Below are positions 49,497 to 63,352 of a stretch of DNA of 64,000 bases, piece after piece (position 1 is the first letter of the stretch; each line of letters begins with the position of its first letter). The stretch is from the NCBI RefSeq assembly GCF_006345805.1, contig NC_043018.1:6076001-6140000 (forward strand), read 5' to 3'. The position numbers were made by a program, and so were the translations under genes. Under the pieces are notes generated by a model. That model was not told where the DNA came from, did no database searches, and saw only the letters and a program-made list of their open reading frames with translations. The stretch is from Octopus sinensis. Its lineage: Eukaryota.

Positions 49497-50928
49497 GTGA
49501 GTAAAAACAACGATGCTTTCTTTTTTTTTTAATTCTTTCACTTCTTTCTTTCTAAAGAATTTCCACCCTTGGATCTTTTCGGTTTGAACGGCAGTTTTTT
49601 CTAGCGGTGACATTTTTTTTTTCTTTTACTTGTTTCAGTCATTTGACCGCGGCCATGCCTTTAGTCGAGCAAATCGACCCCGGGACTTATTCTTTGTAAG
49701 CCCAGTACTTATTCTATCGGTCTCTTTTTGCTGAACCGCTAAGTGACGGCGACGTAAACACACCAGCATCGGTTGTCAAGCAATGCTAGGGAGACAAACA
49801 CAGACACACAAACACACATACATACACACATATATATATATATATACATATATACGACAGGCTTCTTTCAGTTTCCGTCTACCAAATCCACTCACAAGGC
49901 ATTGGTCGGCCCGGGGCTATAGCAGAAGACACTTGCCCAAGATGCCACGCAGTGGGACTGAACCCGGAACCATGTGGTTAGTTAGCAAGCTACTTACCAC
50001 ATAGCCACTCCTGCGCCTGTCATATGAAATTGTCACCCATAATTATGACCCTAGTATCGATCTATTGCATTTCAATCTATTTTAGGGTTAGGGGTGGGAG
50101 GAAGGGTATCTTTTTATCTTCATAAATGTAAATAAACCCAATTTGTTTCTTAAACGAGGGACATATTCATACAGCACAGAATGTTTTCACCTCAATAGAC
50201 GTCATTGATTGGTTGAAATTGCAGAAATTGAAGAAAAAAAACAACAAATATCTTACAAACTATAGAATTTTCTCAATAAAGCCAAGAGAAAAAGATGTTT
50301 TATAAACACATTCTACCAGTATACAAAGTTTAAAAGTGTTTAGTTACGTGGAAATTATTTTAAAAAACTGCCGTTCAAACCGAAAAGATCCCTACCCTCT
50401 AAAGAATTTCTACTCTCGGATCTTTTCGGTTTGAACGGCAGTTTTTTCTAGCAGTTTCATATGAAATTGTCACCCATAATTATGACCCTAGTATCGATCT
50501 ATTGCATTTCAATCTGTTTTAATCTGTGGAGGGAAGGGTATTTTTTTTTTCTTCAGAAATGTAAATAAACCCAATCTGTTTCTTAAATGAGGGACATATT
50601 CATACGGTACAGAATGTTTTCACCTCAGTAGACATCATTGATTGGTTGAAATTGCAGAAATTGAAGGAAAAAAACAACAAATGTCTTACAAACCATAGAA
50701 TTTTATCAATAAAGCCAAGAGAAAAAGATGTTTTATTAACACATTCTACCAGTATACGAAGTTTAAAAGTGTTTAGTTACGTGGAAATTATTTTAAAAAA
50801 CTGCCGTTCAAACCGAAAAGATCCCTACCCTCTACAGATGCATTTCTGAAGTTTTCTTCCATCCATGTAGTTTTAGAAGTTTTTCTTCTCATGTTTTTCT
50901 TTCTTCTTCTTCCTTCTACCATTTGCAG

Positions 50929-51096
50929 ATAAATTCCGAAGGTTCGTCAGGGTGTTACGCTGATAAGCACATGCTATTGAAGGGCCACCAGGGCTTAGTG
51001 ACGACTGTCGATTGGTCCCCGTCAGTGGATACCCGCATCTGTTTGACCGGGTCGTTGGACGGCAAAGTGAAGATAAGCACGATGCTTACGAAATGA
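50929..51096 (+). CDS. WDR91: WDR91 last coding exon with stop codon
   Basis: INSEGSSGCYADKHMLLKGHQGLVTTVDWSPSVDTRICLTGSLDGKVKISTMLTK*, similar to [36 protein letters not shown]; acceptor tttgcag. Confidence 0.95.
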   Translation: MNSEGSSGCYADKHMLLKGHQGLVTTVDWSPSVDTRICLTGSLDGKVKISTMLTK

Positions 51097-51680
51097 GGAG
51101 ATAAACTGAACAAACATGCTGATGATGATGATGAATAAGAATAAGAAGAAGAAGAAGAATCAATTTAAGCAGCAGCAGCAGCACGAACAACAATAATAAA
51201 AAGAACGGTGTGACCCTGTCTTTTTCCAAACTTCTGTACAGTAACCGTACAGCATTCTATAGAATTCCCTACTTTGCATCACTGCTGCTGCTGCTGCTGG
51301 TGTTGTTGTTACTGTTGTTGTTGTTATTATTGTTGTTGTACTGTGTAAATAATCGTTTCTAGTAGAAGCACAGGGCCGCAAGTAAGAGGCACTGGGTCAC
51401 AAGTTGATGCCATATAAGGCACAGGGCCAGAAATTGGTACCACTTAAACATAGGGCCACAAATATGGGTTGCAGCAGTGGTGGTGGTAGTGGTGGTGGTG
51501 GTGGTGAGAGTTTCATCGAAACCTTCTCTCCCACTTCCCCTGCCAATACTGGTCTGGGACTTTTGTTTTAAGGTCCCCACCCCACATCCCTACAGCAACA
51601 TGAAAGTCGAAGTAGAGCTTTGACAGGGTTTGAACTCAGAACCTAGAGAACCAGAATAAATATCACACAGCATTTTGTAG
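51097..51680 (+). other. WDR91: Probable WDR91 3' UTR; candidate AATAAA signals at 51195-51200 and 51655-51660
   Basis: Follows the stop codon and contains short GAT, GAA, CAG, GTT and GGT repeats. The true end cannot be determined from sequence alone. Confidence 0.4.
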
Positions 51681-54600
51681 TCCAATGTTCTACCAGTTCT
51701 TACATTCTCCTGTCCTTATATTGTGTAAATAGTGATGACAACGATGATGATGATGATGGTGATTATTCACCAACATCATCATTTAATGTCCCTTTTTCTA
51801 TGCTGGCATGGGTTGGATGGGTCAGCAGGATCCTAGTAGCCAGGGGGCTGCATTGGGGCCCACTGTCTGCTTTGGCATGGTTTCTACAGCTGGATGCCCT
51901 TCCCAATACCAAACCATTCTACAGAGTGTACTGGGTGCTTTTGATGTAACACCAGTACTAGTGAGGGCACCAAGTACTTTGCCAGATAAGACCCCTGCCC
52001 CCTTGACTGAGTGTGATTATAGTATTGAAGTATGATGGAGGAACAGAAACAAGTGTCTTGCTGAAGAGGTAAATACGTGGCTTCTCCTGGTGGGAAGATA
52101 GACAGTGAGAGAGAAGCGTGGTGAGGACATGGTTGTTATGTAAAAAAAATAAACATTTTGGGCTGGTTGGCATTTGGAAGGGCATTCAGCTGTAAAAACC
52201 AAGCCAAAACTGACCTTGCCTGTGCTGGTGTCATGTAAAAAGCACTGAGTCCACTTTGTGGGCTGGTTCGTGTTAGGAAGGGCATCCAGCCATAAAGACC
52301 ATGCCAAAACAGACGCAGAAGCCTGGTGCAGCCTCCTGCCTGGCCAGCTCCTGTCAAACCATCCAACCCGTGCCAGCATGGAAGGCAGACGTTAAATGAT
52401 GAAGCTGATGGTGTTAGTGTTATTAGATAAAATATTTTGTGGTAGTATTTTTTTTCTGCTGCTTCATCTTCTGAGTTCAAATCCTGCTGAAGTTGACTTT
52501 GCCTTTCATCCTTCTGGGGGTTGATAAATAAAGTACCTGTGAAGTACAGGGGTCAATTTAATGGAGTAACCCCTATCCCCAAATTTTCAACCCAGTGCCC
52601 ATGCAAAAAGCAATATTATTGTTATTATTTGTTTGTTTGTTTTGGTTTTTTTTTTGGTTTTTTTTTCTCTCTATAAAAAAAAGAGTAAACTGGCAGAATC
52701 GTAACCATGTCAGACAAAATTCTTTGCAGCATTTCTTCCAGCTCATCACATTCTGAGTTCAAACCCCACTAAAGTCAGCTTTGCCTTTCATTCCATTGGG
52801 GTTGACAAAAGAAATAAAAGTCAAGTACTGGGGTCAATGTAATTGACTCACCCCCTCCCCTCAAAATTACTGGCTTTGTGCCAAAATAAGAAAGAATTAT
52901 TTTCCCTGATGAAAAAAATCCCACCTAGTGGCAAAGAATGTTAGAGACACCAGACTAAATGCTAATTTGATGAGCAGTACGTAGTGGTGTTTGCATTGCA
53001 TGTTCAAATCCAGTTGGCGGTTGACTATTTTTCGTCCTTTCCAGAATGACAACATTGGTACCAGTTACGTATTGGTGTCGCTTCAAGCAACTGGATCTGC
53101 ACCGACTCTTTTGACAATTGTATAAGAAATTGTTATTTTTCAATAAACGAAAGTGTTACCTTGCACCATCATCATCATCATCATCATCATGCTGGTGGTG
53201 GTGGTGGTGGTGTGAGGACAGGAAAAGCAGAAGTAGGTTGGTTGTGGTGGTGATAGTGATGATGATGATAGTTGTTGCAGTACTGGTTATGGTGATAGTG
53301 GTTCTGATGTAAAAAAGTGAAAAAAAAAAAAAAAAAAAAAAGAGGCATGGCTGTGTGGTAAGAAGCTTGCTTCCCTACCACATCTTTTAGTTTCAGTCCC
53401 ACTGCATGGCACCTTGGGCAAGTGTCTTCTAATATAACCTCAGGCCAACCAAAGCCTTGTGAGGGGATTTGGCAGATGGAAACTGAAAGAAGCCTGTTGT
53501 ATATATATATATGTATGGGTATGTATGTATATATTTGTGTGTCTGTGTTTGTTCGGCCACCATTGCTTGACAACTGATGCTGGTGTGTTTGTGTTTATGT
53601 CCCCCATAACTTAGCGGTTCGGCAAAAGAGACCAACAAAATAAGTACTAGGCTTTAAAAAAAAACAGTCCTGGGGGTTGATTTGTTTGACTAAAACCCTT
53701 TAAGGCAATGCTCCAGCATGGCTACAGTCAAATGGCTGAAACAAGTAAAAGAAAATAACTAAAAAAGTAACACATTTATACAGATAGCTTTAAATGAGTT
53801 TTAAGTACCAAAGAGACTGGTATTGGTCGGTGCTGGCAAGACTTGTATCATTTAGTAGATTCGACAAAAAAGAGTATGGTGGAGAGTGGAAAATCCATCG
53901 TTCCAGACAAAGTTCTTTAAGTACTCTTTCGCCACAACTTTCTTCTGTTGGCCTGCTCGCTTAGCGAGCGGGGTGGCGTCATTTGAAGGCTAAAACAATG
54001 CGAAGTGCATTGTGACCAGCGATGTGTAGCAACATCTGATAGCCTGGTCGGTCATGGTGATATATATATATATATGTATGTATGTTTGTGTCTGTGTTTG
54101 TCCTCCCCCACCACCACCACCACTACTTGACAGTTGGTGCTGGTGTGTTTATGTCCCTGTAACTTAGTGGTTCAGCAAAGCAAACTGATAGAGTAAGTAC
54201 CAGGGTTAAAGAAGAAGAAGAATCAAGTACTGGGGTTGATTTATTCAACTAAAATTCTTCAAGGCTTCGTTCCAGCATTTCTGCGGTCCAATGACTGAAA
54301 CGAGTAAATGATAAAAGATACGTGTGTGGGTGTCCACATAAGAATAAAACTGGAGATAATTTTATATTATAAATTACAGAACCCTTACACGTGTTTCATT
54401 ATCGTATGCTGTGCAGTAACTATTGTAAAGACAGTTCCATTATCGCACTGTAACACCAGATCATCAGAAAAAAAAATTATCAACAGTCATTTACTTTATT
54501 GTTGGTTACTAACATCACTTGATTGGCTGATACAAGCTGAGAACACCACCACTGCCAAAGCAATTATCATCATCATATATATGTGTGTGTGTGTATATAT

Positions 54601-56899
54601 ATGTATGTATATATATATATATGTATGTGTATATATATGTAGGTGTGTGTATATATATATGTATGTGTATATATATATATATATGTATGTATTTCTTTTG
54701 CTGGTTTTGGTCTGTGGTCATACTGGAGCAGCACATTCTAAAGTCCCCCCACCCCATCAATGTAATTTATTGAATGATAAAATTCTTCTGAGTTATATCC
54801 CTTCAGAGAGTTACCTCTCTTATAAAGACTTTATTTCTTATTTCTTTATTACCCACAAGGGGCTAAACATAGAGGGGACAAACAAGGACAGACACACGGA
54901 TTAAGTCGATTACATCGACCCCAGTGCGTAAATGGTACTTTATTTATCGACCCCTTTATTTCTATATGTACACCAGTTAACACATATGCATGTAAGCCAA
55001 CGAGGTAACTTCTACATGGTTGTATGATCTGCTAGAAATAGCATTCCAAGTCTATGTTTAAAAAAGAAACCCCAAATATTGCTAATTTGAATGTCTTGGC
55101 TTATAGGTCTTCTTGAGTCAGAACTTACCTGTGGCTAAACAACAATAATAATAATACACATATAAAGCTTTAGGGTTTCCTGTGCTGCTCAGTGCAATGA
55201 ATGGCAAGCTTTCTCCACCAGGTCCAGTTTATGCTGTTCTTGTACCTCCATTCTTAGTAATGGTGACTGTCTTCATATCTTCAAATGTCCACCACCAAGT
55301 GATGTTCAACCTACCGGAACGTGGTAGCCAGGTCATGGCTGTTTTCGAGTGCTGCTGAGCAGCAAGACAGAAAATGTAACCAGCCATGCGGAACCAGTGC
55401 TTGCTCTACTTCAATCTCCTGCAATTGTCATGACATCCCTCTGCCAACATTTTGCCCCTACCAACTACTTCCTTACTATGCATGCAACACAACTACTTCT
55501 CTTCCGTTCCCTTTCACTCCCTACCATGTCCCTGATCTCATGAACTAAGGATAAAGAGAGAAACACTTCTTGCTCTCTAAAAAAATCCCATTTTTTTTCC
55601 TGACACATTGGAAACTCTCCCGTTAACTTAAGAAACTTTGCACTTGCCCTGAAAATACAATTTTCACTGATGCAGTCTGCCATCTTCTATCACTTAAAAT
55701 GTTTAGGGCATTCAACTCATGATCGTAAGGTTGTGAGTTCAATTCCTGGTGACACGTTGTGTCCTTGAGCAAGACACTTTATCTCACATTGCTCCAGTCC
55801 ACTCAGCTGGCAAAAATGAGTTGTACCTGTATTTCAAAAAAGGGCCAGCCTTGTCACACACTGTGTCACAGTGAATCTCCTTGCGAATTACGTTAAGGGT
55901 ACACTTGTTTGTGGAATGCTCAGCCACTTGCACGTGAATTTCATGAGCAAGCTGTTCCGTTAATCGTATCAGCTGGGACCCTCATCATCGTAACTGACGG
56001 AGTGCTCCTAATAATATATATACACACACACATGCATATATCTTGTATCCCAGGAGGATCATTATGCCAATAATAACAACACACACGCTCATTCTGTTTC
56101 ATTTCTTTATTATTTATTTGTCAATTGTTTAACCATTCAAACCAATTAACTTATCAGTTGTTTGATCAATCTTTCAGTCAGCTAGTATTTTCAAAGTCAC
56201 CATTTGTTGCCATTTGCGACCTCATCCATGACGTGCCCTCTCTACTTCTTGTCTCCTTTTGGTTTTGATTGATGGACACATCCATCAATTGAACGATTGG
56301 TTAGTTAACTGGTGGATTGATGGACTAATCCATCAATTGAACAATTGATTAGTTGATTGGTTAAGAAGTTAACCAATTGATGAATGAATAATAAAGAAGT
56401 GAAATGGAATCAGTGCATGTGTTTATTATTAGCGTAACGATCCTCCCAAGATACAGCAAAATACGTTTCAACATAAGAGTTTATGTCAAGAATGTTGCAG
56501 TTCAAATACAAAGACTCTGTAGAAACAAACATGGTAACTATATCTGCTGTGTGGTGATAGAGCTGAGATACTTGCTGAAGCTCAAAGTGAATGTCTACCT
56601 GCATTAAACATTAAAAATATATGAACGATGCAAGGGAAACTGAACATGTTTCAGGGATAGGGGATCTCACTTTTATTCCCTCTCCATTCTTCTGATCGTG
56701 TTCACCATTGTGTTGACGATGATGATCTTCCTGTGTGTGAGTGTGCGTACTTCTGTGAACTTTATTAATTAAAAATTTTTTTTTACCTGTTTCAGTCACC
56801 TGACTGCAGCCATGCTGGAGCACCACCTTTATGTTTTGTGATAATATACAAAGTGTTATGTATTTAGTGTAAGCAATACTAATTATCATACAGAATAAT

Positions 56900-57478
56900 T
56901 CAAAACAAATGGTACAAGAAGAAAACATACCTGTGAATGTTGTCACGAATATATTGCAGAAATACAGGTGTAACATGAGAAGTTAACTCTTCAAGTTTCT
57001 TAATATGGGTGCTTTTTGCCACATGGCAGATGTCTACACGATAGTCTAGTTCTTGTCACACATGTGCCAGCAGTGTAGCCTGATCAATTGGGTTGAATGA
57101 ATGATAAAGAAGTGAAATGGAATCAGTGCATATGTTTATTTATTATTAGCATAACGATCTATCCTCCCAAGATACAGCATAATACCTATCCACTGCTTGA
57201 ACTCTTGTAAGTCCTATGGAAGTTAGGGTTGAACACCTTATTTTTCAGGTACCCCACAAAGGTAAAAGTCTCAAGGTGTTAGGTCAGGGTGTCCAGATCT
57301 GCAATGGTAAATCATTCACCCTAGCATGGCCAATGCAATACATTCTGGAAGATGCTGGTTGGGATAATTGTTTATGTGTCTATGCCAATGTATAGAGGCC
57401 TCCGTCTTGCTGCGTAATGAAGCTGAGCACTTCTTCTAAATGGACAGCATTTTACCATTCATTTTGAATTACCCTGTA
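56900..57478 (-). mobile_element. Tc1/mariner-superfamily 3' remnant
   Basis: Minus-strand PDLTP*DFYL-type motif; TIR-like end TACAGGGTAATTCAAAA at about 57460-57478. Confidence 0.5.
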
Positions 57479-59500
57479 TATATGCACACACATACACATA
57501 TAGTGTCTATATATATATATATGTATGTATGTATGTATATATATATAACAATTGCAGCGTGGAAGGTGTTTATAAGCTATTTAAGAAACACACAAAAACT
57601 GTCAGATTAATTTCAACATTTAAATATATTTTGCCAAAATATTTTCGTCACTTTGAGACCGTGACCTGTTCACTGACAAAATTCTGTGATGCATCAAGTA
57701 GACATTCACTTTGAGATGCAGCACGGAATTTTGTCAGTGAACAGGTCGCGGTCTCAAAGTGACGAAAATATTTTGGCAAATTAAATTTAAATGTTGAAAT
57801 TAATCTAACAGTTTTTGTGTGTTTCTTAAATAGCTTATAAACACCTTCCACGCTGCAATTGTTTTTGTTCCAGCACACGATCTCAGATCAGGTCACTTGC
57901 TATGCAAGTACATCATAATATATATATATACATATATATATGTGTATTTATATTGACACTTTCAAGTAAGTATCCAGTTAGGTGTTTTTACATTTGACAG
58001 TATGTGCAGAAAATTGTGTGTGTGTATGTATATATATATATATATATAATAGGTTTGCGTGATGTGTTTCTTAATACATATTTGTATAGTTATGTCTGCA
58101 TGCAGGTTGGTGTAACATACGTCTGTATATAATATATGAATATACATTGTATATCTGTGTATGCATGTTCATATAACATGTGAGTGTATGTATATAATCT
58201 ACACACATGGTAATAAGCCATATCTCAGTGTCAATAATCCACATAAAACCGATGTTATCTTCAAATGGTATCAAATCCCTGTTTGTTTGTTTTCATCTTA
58301 ATTAAAATTTAATAAAAAATTTAGTCTTGCTAATTAATATATTTCGTTGTTTTATCATTCTCTGACTGTATGGTTTGCTGAGTCCTACAAAGAACAGCTT
58401 GTCTGTCTGTCTGTCTATCGAGGTGTCTATGTACATCTGTCTGTCCTAAATGTTCTTCTTGGTTATGGAGGAAGAGACAAGTTTCATAACATTACATCAT
58501 GCAACAGAGTTGTTGGGGTTTAGTTTGCACAAGCAAGCTGTGTTGTTAAGAAGTTAGCTTCCCAACCACAGGGTTTTGTTTTCAGTCTCACTGCTTGGCA
58601 CTTTAGGTAAGTATCTTCGGATCTTTTCCTTTTGAACGGCAGACAATTTCTAGTTAACTAAACACTTTAAAACTTCGTATACTGGTAGAATGTGTCAAAA
58701 TAAAACATTTTTTTCTCTTGGCTTTCTTGAGAAAATTGTAATTTGTTTGTTTAACGTAGTTTAATTTTTCGAATTTTAACCAATCCTATGCTCTCTTTTG
58801 AGCTAAAATCATATGCTGCGTCTAAAACTGAGACAACATCCTGTAACTAACCCTAAACCTCCCCCCTAACCTTAACCCTAAATTTTTTTTTTCTTAATTG
58901 TTACGCATGTAAAAAAAACTAAAGCAATGGAATTAAATTAATTTAACAATTAAGAAAAAAAAATTTAGGGTTAGTTACAGGATGTTGTCTCAGTTGTAGA
59001 CAAAGCAAATGATTTTAGTTGAATGGAGGTAATCGACTGGTTAAAATTGCCGAAATGCTCGGATTTTCAGACGAAATATCTTACAAACTATAGAATTTTC
59101 TCAATAAAACCAAGAGAAAATGATGTTTTATAAACACATTCTACCAGTATACGAAGTTTAAAAGTGTTTAGTTAACTAGAAATTGTGTTGACATCTGCCG
59201 TTCAAAAGGAAAAGATCCACATCTATTACAGCCCTATGCCAACCAAAGCCTTGTGAGTGTATTTGGTAGGTGGAAAATGTGTGGAGGCCCATCGTGTGGA
59301 CATTGATGCACAACTAACTTCAACACAGCCTAAATCATTTAGAAACTTGGTTCCAGAACAAGACTTAAAGTAACACCTGCCAAATGTTAATGGCTCCATT
59401 CTTAACAGCCAAACCAGAAAGCATTAAACGCAACCAACCATTACACTTTAACAACAAAAAATAGAAGCACACACTGAAGACAAAAATGCAAAGAGCTTAA

Positions 59501-59721
59501 CCCTTTCATTACTGTATTTATTTTGAGATGCTCTGTGTTTCTTTCAATTACTTTAAATATGACAAAGAATTTAGTAAAATAACTTAGTTATCATTCAGCT
59601 AGTGTTAGGAACATAAATTATGTCTAAGGTTTGGTGGAAGATTTTAATTCAAAACTTATGAAAACAAGACATTTGTACTACAGAGCTAGAGCTGGTTTCA
59701 GCTGGGTTGGTAATGAAAGGG
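59501..59721. mobile_element. piggyBac-derived MITE
   Basis: TTAA-CCCTTTCATTAC ... GTAATGAAAGGG-TTAA, the same termini as the 5798-6869 element. Confidence 0.85.
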
Positions 59722-59779
59722 TTAATAAATGCAAAGACCAACCATGGAGAAATATTACCTTGTTTGGAAACAGGTGAAA

Positions 59780-60400
59780 GCTGATGACAGGGTGAGCATC
59801 CAGCTGTGGAAAATTTTCCACAATATACTCAGCTCGGCCTATTATTTTAACTTCATCCCACAGGGGGAGGTGGTCTCCATTTTTCCATACATGATCAGCT
59901 ATACCCGATTTATCAATATCTCCCCATGTCACAGCTTTGCGATGTTCCTCTACCCTTATTTTGAAAGGGTGGCATGTTTCCCCTTTGTATAACCTACCAC
60001 AGCTGCATGGGATGGAGTACACGCAGTTCTTGGTCATATTCTCTTCTATTGGTGGTTTTACTCGAAGATATTTGCGAAGTGTTGTATTACTTTTGAATAC
60101 TGTCCTGATGTCAAATGGGCCACATATCTTTTGTATCTTTTTGGAGAGGCCTTTCACATAGAGTAGACAGACTGTGGGCAGTTTATCGGTTTCATCCTCT
60201 CTTTTCTTCATAATTGGAGTGGATAGTATGTTTTTGGGATAGTTGTTGCTTAATAGATCGTTATTTAGCTTGATCATTTCTTCGTGGTGTGTATCACGAT
60301 CGCTACTTTTATTCTTTGCTCGATGTTTTAGGCACTGAGCAATCCCTCTCTTTACACTGTATGGATGGTGGGAATTTAAGTTGAGATATACTTCTTGAAA
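59780..60400 (-). mobile_element. Penelope-like element remnant (RT C-terminal region and GIY-YIG endonuclease)
   Basis: ORF 59678-60277: LPTVCLLYVKGLSKKIQKICGPFDIRTVFK...NCVYSIPCSCGRLYKGETCHPFKIRVEEHRKAV...SGIADHVW is the typical Penelope GIY-YIG arrangement. Confidence 0.85.
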
Positions 60401-61161
60401 ATATGGACAGAATGGTCAAGTATTAGAAAGGTTAAAGAACTCCTTTGGTTATGAATGACCATGACAGTGCACTTGGAAATTTCCCCTCCCAGGCACAAGT
60501 CCAAGCAAGGTTGTTTATGGAAGACCAGCAGTCACCCATGCATACCAGCCTCCTCTCTCCATGCCACTGATGTTATCCAAGGGAAAGGCAAAGGCCAATA
60601 CAGCTTGGCATCAGTGGCGTTGCAACTAATTTCTGCAGCTGAGTGAACTGGAACAACGTAAAATGAAGTGCCTTGCTCAAGAACACAACACACAGCCTGG
60701 TCCGGGAATCGAACTCACTACCTTGTGATTGTGAGTCTGACGCTCTAACCACTGAGCCAACATCCTTTAATCACAAATCCGTTCCTGTAAGATTAACGTT
60801 CAGTTAAACAACAGCAGTGGTAAAATATTTGACCATCACAAATAGCTAGGAATCGAAATCGGACTACTAAGTTTCGACAATCAGGATTTGTGTTAAGGAC
60901 CAGTGATGTATGCGATCATAAAGCCAGTCTGACCCCTAACTTCCACACACTGATCCCTAAACAACTCACTCAACCAGTCAATGCAACCTAATATATTATT
61001 TCGGGGTCGATAAATTAAGTACCAGTTACGCACTGGGGTCGATGTAATCGATTTAATCCCTTTGTCTGTCCTTGTTTGTCCCCTCTATGTTTAGCCCCTT
61101 TGTGGGCAGTTGAGAAATATATTATTCAGTCGATGAGAGTTATCTCCCTTAACATGCTAAC

Positions 61162-61296
61162 ATGGCGGAACAGAAGGTGAAAGCAGAAACGACGAATTCC
61201 TCGTCGAAGGTTAACAGTTCCTCAAGCTATGGCTGGAGACAGGCACCGACCACTATGTTATTTAGAATCACCAATTTTGAATTGTTTGTTAAACCT
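61162..61296 (+). CDS. SMIM8: SMIM8 (small integral membrane protein 8) first coding exon; remainder downstream of the window
   Basis: AACATGG start context; MAEQKVKAETTNSSSKVNSSSSYGWRQAPTTMLFRITNFELFVKP followed by donor gtgagt. It resembles recalled SMIM8 GVRTTTLFRAVNPELFIKP. At 45 codons it is below the ORF-track cutoff. Confidence 0.85.
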
Positions 61297-63049
61297 GTGA
61301 GTATTTAATTCTAATCTTCGACTGTTCTCTGTTACTTTTGTTATGTAAACCCGATCAGTTTTAAACTCTGTCGTTTTTGTTGTAATTCCGCCGCTGCCGT
61401 TTGATCACAGGATGTCTTTGATCCGGCGGGCACTTGTGATTAAATGCATTCCTCTTGAGACCATCATAGGGCGTAACTTCGGTATAAGTACCGGAAGTAC
61501 CGGATACATTTCAACAAAGTGTTTTTTTATATAGGGGGGGGGGGAGAAAAGGGTTTCTCTTATCTTCAGAAATGTAAACAAAGTCATGTGTGTACCTATA
61601 CCGAAGGATCGCCTATCCTAGCATTATTTATTTACAGATATTGTCTGTGTAGAACTAACAATATCCAGTACACTCTACTCGTCTGGTAGGCGGCATATCT
61701 TCATGTGTTTATCATCGTGGTTCTTTTAAAACCTCTGTGTCTATGTGTATCTCTCTCCCACGTTACTTCTTGAGAACAATGGTCCCCGGTGCGCGCACTC
61801 ACGTAGTCGCGCATCCGTGTTAGCTAGTCATGACTAGTCGATCCTTACTTTGTGTTATTGTGTTATTTACTTTGTTTAAAAAATTATTTACTTTGTGTAA
61901 AAGAATTATTTTATTTTGTGTTTTATTTATTTTGCTAGGTAGTCGTTGTAGTATCCACAAGTCACGACTAGCTAGTGCGGATGCGCGAGTGCGCGCACCG
62001 GGACCACTGTTCTCAAATAGTATCCTCTTCCCCTCTCCCTCTCTCCGCATTTACCGTTGGTGGAACTTTTGCAAGGTAAAGAATTTGAACTTATAGCACT
62101 AAAAGCTGGAACATGCATCCCGTCTTGTGCTTAAACAACTCTGCCAGTTTATTATTGCCCTGGCTTGCTCCTTTGTCGGACTGTTATAGGACTGAAAGCT
62201 AGACTTGACCTCGGCTCTATTTGTTATGTGTGTATTGATGCTAGCATGTAAACAAACATGTACGTTATTCAGTATATATACATATAAACATGTGTGTTTA
62301 CGGACACGTGCTCATATGGAGGAAACAATCTTCTGTTATTCATGTGTGTGTTGAAAATGAAGGAAAAGAGAAATAAAGAAAGTTCTGACAATGCAGAAAG
62401 TTAAAAATAACTTTATATTTTGGGCACAAAGGCCTCTCGGCGATCCTTCGTTATAAGTACACACGTGACTTTGTTTACATTTCTGAAGATAACAGAAACC
62501 CTTTTCTCCGACCCTTAACCCTAACCCTGACCCCCCATATATAACAAAAACACTTTCTTGAAATGTATCCGTTGTTATTTTTGACAGTTCAGTTTAGATA
62601 TTGATGTATATATATTGACCAATGTATATATGAGTCCAAGAAAAAAAGTCACAGGGATTTTGTCCGGTGGGGTGGGGGTGGGGGCCTTGTCCGGATCCCA
62701 TAAATTAATTGTAACTTTTTTCCTTAGCCAAAATTGTGGCTTTATTACTGTGACTTTATTACCGGTCAACAGGTGTGTGTGTATAACTTAGGAAGCGGAC
62801 AGAAACTGCAAATTTAACGATTTCTCTGTTGATTGGGGAAAAAATTATGAATAGCCTTAATCGATGTTTGAATCATACTGGATTCTCATTGGGTGTGTCT
62901 ACATCACTTGACCAATCCCAGAACCAATCTTTTTTTATACACAACAAATCCAGATGTTTCAGGAGCTATTGATTTGCATACTGCTAATATTTAACACTAC
63001 ACGCGCACACACACACACAGATAGATAGATACATACATACATACATACA

Positions 63050-63086
<37 letters not shown>

Positions 63087-63246
63087 GTATGTTGATGCAA
63101 ACAGGAAAATTAGAACTCAAAATATGAGTATATATATATATTTTTATTAATATTTAGCAAAAGTAACAGAGTGACTCAAGGGCAAAGAGTTTCGTGTGTT
63201 CATGTTTGAGTTACTCTGTTAAATAGTAATAGATATATATACATAG

Positions 63247-63281
<35 letters not shown>

Positions 63282-63292
63282 CATGCATGCAT

Positions 63293-63352
<60 letters not shown>

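Noticed and set aside
51365-51460. Repeated GCACAGGGCC-like motifs in the WDR91 3' UTR
   Set aside because: They resemble the GGCACAAGGCC motif found in local repeats, and I cannot assign a miRNA or protein site without a search.
54308-54904. 198-aa ORF and many similar [10 protein letters not shown] and HTHT ORFs
   Set aside because: They are translations of microsatellites and SINE pieces.
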